NCBI GenBank assembly: GCA_964543385.1 | Contig: CAZIYE010000001.1 | Coordinates: 1 to 32,000, forward strand | DNA from: an uncultured Candidatus Saccharibacteria bacterium | GTDB lineage: Bacteria; Patescibacteriota; UBA1384; XYA2-FULL-43-10; 1-14-0-10-43-13 | DNA length: 32,000 nt | Direction: 5' to 3' | Shown here: positions 28,087 to 32,000 of the stretch, piece by piece | Layout: every line of letters starts with the position of its first letter | Position numbering within the stretch: the first letter of the stretch is position 1 | Translations under genes and position numbers: made by a program | Notes under the pieces: model-generated | What the model was told of the DNA's origin: nothing | Seen by the model: only the letters and a program-made list of their open reading frames with translations | The model's database searches: none

Positions 28087-29361
28087 ATGGAGAAATTTTT
28101 CAAAATATGGGAATACAAGGACCTAAGGAACAAGATTATTGTTGCTGTTTCTCTTCTTATTTTAACTAGAATCCTTGCTCACATTCCATTGCCTGGTGTA
28201 GATCTTGCGAAGCTACAAGCATTTTTTGCGTCAAACCAAGTGTTTGGTTTTTTGAACATGTTTTCTGGTGGCACTATGAGTAATTTTTCAATTATTCTAA
28301 TGGGTGTAGGTCCATACATTACATCGTCTATTATTTTTCAACTGATGGGGATGATTTTCCCAGCCATTGAGCAACTACAAAAAGAAGGTGATGCGGGCCG
28401 TCAAAAAATAACTCAATACACAAGAATAGCTACTATACCATTAGCCATAATACAGGCCTATAGTATGTTAGTGTTACTTAAAAACCAAGGAGTTATTCCC
28501 GGATGGTCAATATTTGATCTTGTAGTGATGCTTATATCTGTAACTGCCGGTACTATGCTGTTAATGTGGATCGGCGAGATTATATCTGAAAAAGGCATTG
28601 GCAATGGAATGTCCTTAATTATCTCTTTAGGTATACTGTCTGCTTTCCCATCACAAATACGAAATACAGCGCTACTGTTGCAGTCTGGCGATACAGCAAA
28701 AATAGTGGGCGCAATTGTATTTGCAATTATCTTTATACTTGCAACAGCAGCAATTATCTTTATACAAGAAGGTCAGCGCAATATTCCTATAACTTATGCA
28801 CGTAAAGCAAGATATGGACAATCCAGCGGCTTTGCAAGCCACTTACCAATTAGGGTAAATATTGCTGGAGTTATTCCGATCATTTTTGCGATGAGTATGC
28901 TCGTTATTCCCGGTGTTTTAGCAAAATATTTGGAGGGTGCCCGCACTGTTTGGCTTGCACAGGGCGCAAAATTTGTTGGTGATCTTTTCACCAACAATCA
29001 GGTTTTTTATAGTATTGCCTATTTTGTACTTGTTATTATATTTACTTATTTTTATACATCTGCGGTGTTTAAACCATCTCAAATATCAGAAAATTTACAA
29101 AAACAAAGCGGATTTATACCTGGTATCAGGCCTGGTTCTGAAACAAAAACATATCTTCAGGCAATTATATCTAGGATTACTTTCTCAGGTGCCATGTTTT
29201 TGGGAATCATCGCTGTTATGCCATTTATTGTACAGGCAATAACAAATATAGATACTCTTGTTCTTGGTGGTACGGGAATTTTGATTGTGGTATCGGTTGT
29301 TATAGAAACCATGAGACAAATTCAATCACAAACCATGATGCACACATATGAGAGATATTAA
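28087..29361 (+). CDS. secY: Protein translocase subunit SecY
   Basis: 10-TM pattern; HIPLPGVDL, FNMFSGGTMSNFSIILMGVGPYITSSIIFQL, YERY C-terminus. Confidence 0.98.
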   Translation: MEKFFKIWEYKDLRNKIIVAVSLLILTRILAHIPLPGVDLAKLQAFFASNQVFGFLNMFSGGTMSNFSIILMGVGPYITSSIIFQLMGMIFPAIEQLQKEGDAGRQKITQYTRIATIPLAIIQAYSMLVLLKNQGVIPGWSIFDLVVMLISVTAGTMLLMWIGEIISEKGIGNGMSLIISLGILSAFPSQIRNTALLLQSGDTAKIVGAIVFAIIFILATAAIIFIQEGQRNIPITYARKARYGQSSGFASHLPIRVNIAGVIPIIFAMSMLVIPGVLAKYLEGARTVWLAQGAKFVGDLFTNNQVFYSIAYFVLVIIFTYFYTSAVFKPSQISENLQKQSGFIPGIRPGSETKTYLQAIISRITFSGAMFLGIIAVMPFIVQAITNIDTLVLGGTGILIVVSVVIETMRQIQSQTMMHTYERY

Positions 29362-29400
29362 GGTCATTAAAAAATGTTAAGTTAATTGATTGTACTATAT

Positions 29401-30051
29401 ATGGAAACTAAAAAAATAATCTATGTTTTTCTAGGACTTCCTGCTTCTGGCAAGGGTACTCAGGCCAAGATTTTAGCAGATAAAGAAAATCTAAAAATGG
29501 TCTCTGCTGGTGATCTTATTAGGGAAATTATAGCTGGATCAACGAAAGATCCATTTGTTGCGGAGATAAAAAAGAGATATGATGCGGGGATTCCTCAACC
29601 AGATGAAGTAGTAGTTGATTTATTCGATAAATTTTTAACCGAAGCAACCACTAGTGTTATATTAGACAATTTTCCCTTTAGTCTTGGACAGGCCGAATTT
29701 TTACAAAGCTATATTCAGAGAAACCATGATAAATGGGGTGGTCTTGTGATAGTTTATATTAATCTGGACCCCAAAGCAGCTATTAAGAGAGCAATCTCCC
29801 GGAAGATTTGTACAAGTTGTGGTATGATTTATGGCCCTATAGAGGATATGGTTTGTGAGAAATGTGGGGGTGCATTGGTTGTTCGTTCTGATGACAATGA
29901 AGAGACAATGAGAGTAAGGATTAGCCATTATCTACCACGACTGAATGAACTTGTCCAATATTATAGTGGTGGTAGTGCAGCAAAACTAGTGGAGATAGAC
30001 GGATCAAAGACAATATCAGAAGTAACAGCCATAATCGACAAAAAAATATGA
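29401..30051 (+). CDS. adk: Adenylate kinase-family NMP kinase with Cys4 lid
   Basis: FLGLPASGKGTQAK P-loop, AGDLIRE, CTSCGMIYG…CEKCGG lid, RSDDNEETMRVRISHY; ATG at 29401. Confidence 0.9.
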   Translation: METKKIIYVFLGLPASGKGTQAKILADKENLKMVSAGDLIREIIAGSTKDPFVAEIKKRYDAGIPQPDEVVVDLFDKFLTEATTSVILDNFPFSLGQAEFLQSYIQRNHDKWGGLVIVYINLDPKAAIKRAISRKICTSCGMIYGPIEDMVCEKCGGALVVRSDDNEETMRVRISHYLPRLNELVQYYSGGSAAKLVEIDGSKTISEVTAIIDKKI

Positions 30052-30824
30052 ATGAAAATGTCCTGAATAAAGAGCAAATTGTAATTATTAAAGAATGCGG
30101 TAAATACTTGTGCGAAGCAATGCACATAGTTTCACAAAACGTTAGGCCAGGGATCTCAACAAAGCAGTTAGATACAATTGCAAAAGAGGAGCTAGAAAAA
30201 AGAGGCTGTAGACCGTCGTTTCTAAATTATTATGTGGGAAGTGCTGGTCATTATCCCGCCTCTCTTTGTGTTTCCATTAATGATGAAATAGTTCACGGGT
30301 TGCCAACCCATCATCGCTTGATTAAAGAAGGGGATATTGTGTCGCTGGACCTAGGAGCGGAACTTTCTGGTGTCTGTACAGATATGGCTGTCACAATTGT
30401 TGCCAAAGGAGAAGGCGATGTTCCAAAGGAAATTGATCACTTAGTCTCAGTGACACGCGATTCATTGTATGAAGGGATTAAGGCAGTAAAAGTTGGTAAT
30501 ACAATAGGTGATATTGGTTTTGCGGTTGAAAGCTTAGTCCTAGCGAATGGTCTGGATGTTATAAAAGATTACGTTGGGCATGGTATAGGAACCAAGCCTC
30601 ATATGTGGCCGCAGATTCCAAACTATGGTAAAAAGGGTAGCGGACCAAAGATTGTAGAGGGGATGGCGTTAGCAATTGAACCAATGGTTACGTCTGGGGA
30701 CATAACCACTGTCGTTCATCCAAATAACTGGACTGTGAAAACTGCCAGCGGACTTAATTCTGCTCATTTCGAACACACAGTTATTATTGAAAATGGACAG
30801 CCGAAGATAGTTACCAAGTGTTAG
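30048..30824 (+). CDS. map: Methionine aminopeptidase type I
   Basis: Metal ligands in SLDLGAELSGVCTDMAVT, GHGIG, LAIEPM and AHFEHTVII. Confidence 0.97.
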   Translation: MNENVLNKEQIVIIKECGKYLCEAMHIVSQNVRPGISTKQLDTIAKEELEKRGCRPSFLNYYVGSAGHYPASLCVSINDEIVHGLPTHHRLIKEGDIVSLDLGAELSGVCTDMAVTIVAKGEGDVPKEIDHLVSVTRDSLYEGIKAVKVGNTIGDIGFAVESLVLANGLDVIKDYVGHGIGTKPHMWPQIPNYGKKGSGPKIVEGMALAIEPMVTSGDITTVVHPNNWTVKTASGLNSAHFEHTVIIENGQPKIVTKC

Positions 30825-30845
30825 TCTCTGAGATGTCTTAGAGTG

Positions 30846-30874
30846 TTGACTTAACGTTTAATTTATGTTAAATT
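30846..30874 (+). promoter_or_regulatory. Possible promoter for infA-rpmJ-rpsM-rpsK
   Basis: TTGACT (30846-30851), 17 nt, TAAATT (30869-30874). Confidence 0.5.
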
Positions 30875-30886
30875 TATCCAAGTAGT

Positions 30887-31132
30887 ATGTCAAAAAACGA
30901 TGTAATTGAAGTTAATGGTAAGGTTATTGAGGTTTTGCCGGATTCTAAATATCGAGTAGAATTAGAGAATGGTCACCAGGTTCTTGGGTACCTCTCCGGT
31001 AGAATGAAACAAAACCGAATTCAAGTCACAACTGGTGACTCAGTCCTTGTGGAACTCACTCCATATGACCTGTCACGAGGGCGAGTAATTCGTCGCTTGA
31101 ATCAAAACCAACCACCAAGACCAAAGGTTTAA
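30887..31132 (+). CDS. infA: Translation initiation factor IF-1
   Basis: VIEVNGKVIEVLPDSKYRVELENGHQVLGYLSGRMKQNRIQVTTGDSVLVELTPYDLSRGRVIRR. Confidence 0.96.
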   Translation: MSKNDVIEVNGKVIEVLPDSKYRVELENGHQVLGYLSGRMKQNRIQVTTGDSVLVELTPYDLSRGRVIRRLNQNQPPRPKV

Positions 31133-31176
31133 AAAACTTTATTAAGGGTAGATTTTATTTTTGTTGAAAAATATAT

Positions 31177-31323
31177 ATGAAAGTACAAGCATCAGTTAAA
31201 AAAATCTGCGATAAATGCAAGGTTGTCATAAGAAGTAAAAAAGGCAAGTCTTCTCGAACAAGTTCAAAGAGAAGGGTATTTGTTTTGTGCGAGAATCCTA
31301 AACATAAACAGAGACAAGGATAA
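31177..31323 (+). CDS. rpmJ: 50S ribosomal protein L36 with internal insertion
   Basis: Not in the supplied ORF track; translated directly: [48 protein letters not shown]. CxxC…C…H zinc ligands intact. Confidence 0.93.
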   Translation: MKVQASVKKICDKCKVVIRSKKGKSSRTSSKRRVFVLCENPKHKQRQG

Positions 31324-31326
31324 ATA

Positions 31327-31710
31327 ATGGCTAGAATAGCAGGAATAAATCTTCCTAATGAAAAAAGAATAGAAATTGCACTGACTTATCTTTTCGGTAT
31401 TGGATTACCTCTAAGTCAAAGCATTCTAGGTGAGCTGAAGATTAGCCCTGATATTAGAGTTAAAGATGTAACTGACGAAGATCTTGAAAAGATCAGACAA
31501 TATATTTCTAAAAGATATCGAGTTGAAGGTGATCTTAGATCTGAAATCTCACAAAATATAAAGAGATTGAAAGACGTAGGTAGCTACAGAGGATTGAGAC
31601 ACAGTAAGAATTTGCCTGTCCACGGTCAAAGAACAAAGACTAATGCCAGAACAAAAAGAGGCAAAAAGGTCACCGTAGGATCAGGACGAAGAACAATTGA
31701 GAAGACATAA
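31327..31710 (+). CDS. rpsM: 30S ribosomal protein S13
   Basis: [26 protein letters not shown]…[25 protein letters not shown]. Confidence 0.98.
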   Translation: MARIAGINLPNEKRIEIALTYLFGIGLPLSQSILGELKISPDIRVKDVTDEDLEKIRQYISKRYRVEGDLRSEISQNIKRLKDVGSYRGLRHSKNLPVHGQRTKTNARTKRGKKVTVGSGRRTIEKT

Positions 31711-31743
31711 TATATTAAGTTTTTAAATTGAGTTTATACACAA

Positions 31744-32000
31744 ATGGCAAAAGAGTCAGCTAAAGCAGCAAAAAAAATTGTAAAAAAGAAATCAAAGAGC
31801 CCAGTCTATTCTGGTAATATTTATATTCAATCAACTTTCAATAACACTCTAGTTACAATAACTGATGATAAAGGTGGAGCAATTGCGTCATCGTCATCTG
31901 GAGCTCTTGGATTTAAGGGAGCCAAAAAATCAACACCTTATGCTGCACAGCTTGCAGTTTCTGCTGCCGCTGAAAAAGCTAAGGCTAGAGGATTGAGTAA
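31744..32000 (+). CDS. rpsK: 30S ribosomal protein S11 (truncated by window end)
   Basis: [85 protein letters not shown]…. Confidence 0.97.
   Translation, partial: MAKESAKAAKKIVKKKSKSPVYSGNIYIQSTFNNTLVTITDDKGGAIASSSSGALGFKGAKKSTPYAAQLAVSAAAEKAKARGLS

Noticed and set aside
1130-29928. Many 60-150 aa ORFs antisense to or nested in core genes (e.g. 1945-2166 -, 2167-2367 -, 9549-9734 -, 17099-17413 -, 22146-22469 -, 26499-26756 -)
   Set aside because: They lie opposite strong conserved genes, have no RBS or recognisable domains, and show the low-complexity composition expected of shadow frames.
1-32000. Possible recoded UGA (as in SR1/Gracilibacteria)
   Set aside because: UGA serves as a normal stop (e.g. 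adk ends in TGA at 30049-30051) and conserved ORFs have no in-frame UGA.
1-32000. CRISPR, toxin-antitoxin, restriction, retron, phage or transposon content
   Set aside because: No spaced repeat array, transposase, reverse transcriptase or nuclease-helicase gene cluster was found; the NYN gene stands alone and does not by itself make a defence system.

Overview
This 32 kb window is mostly a conserved core-genome block from a low-GC bacterium. Gene order and the missing rpmD suggest a Candidate Phyla Radiation/Patescibacteria lineage, possibly Saccharibacteria; this is inference, no database was searched. TGA is used as a stop, so the code looks like table 11. Order on the + strand: secreted fibronectin-III-like protein, cdaA, ybbR/cdaR, LysM+M23 peptidase, obg, rpoB, rpoC, rpsL, rpsG, [minus-strand small gene], fusA, tuf, rpsJ, rplC-D-W-B, rpsS, rplV, rpsC, rplP, rpmC, rpsQ, rplN-X-E, rpsN (zinc type), rpsH, rplF-R, rpsE, rplO (no rpmD), [terminator, NYN-domain gene], secY, adk, map, infA, rpmJ, rpsM, rpsK (cut by the window end). 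I found no CRISPR array, mobile element, rRNA or tRNA, and no convincing defence-like or otherwise novel multi-gene system. The observations most worth a second look are: (1) a minus-strand 131-aa gene inside the str operon whose predicted layout resembles an S30AE/HPF ribosome-hibernation fold, flanked by a perfect 14-bp palindrome and a bidirectional terminator; (2) a structured element plus promoter separating rpsJ from rplC; (3) unusual residues at normally conserved positions in EF-G (NKIN), Obg (NKIE) and adenylate kinase (FPF instead of FPR); (4) a roughly 11-residue insertion in bL36; (5) a NYN nuclease-like gene inserted between rplO and secY; (6) promoter placement that implies almost leaderless secY and infA mRNAs.
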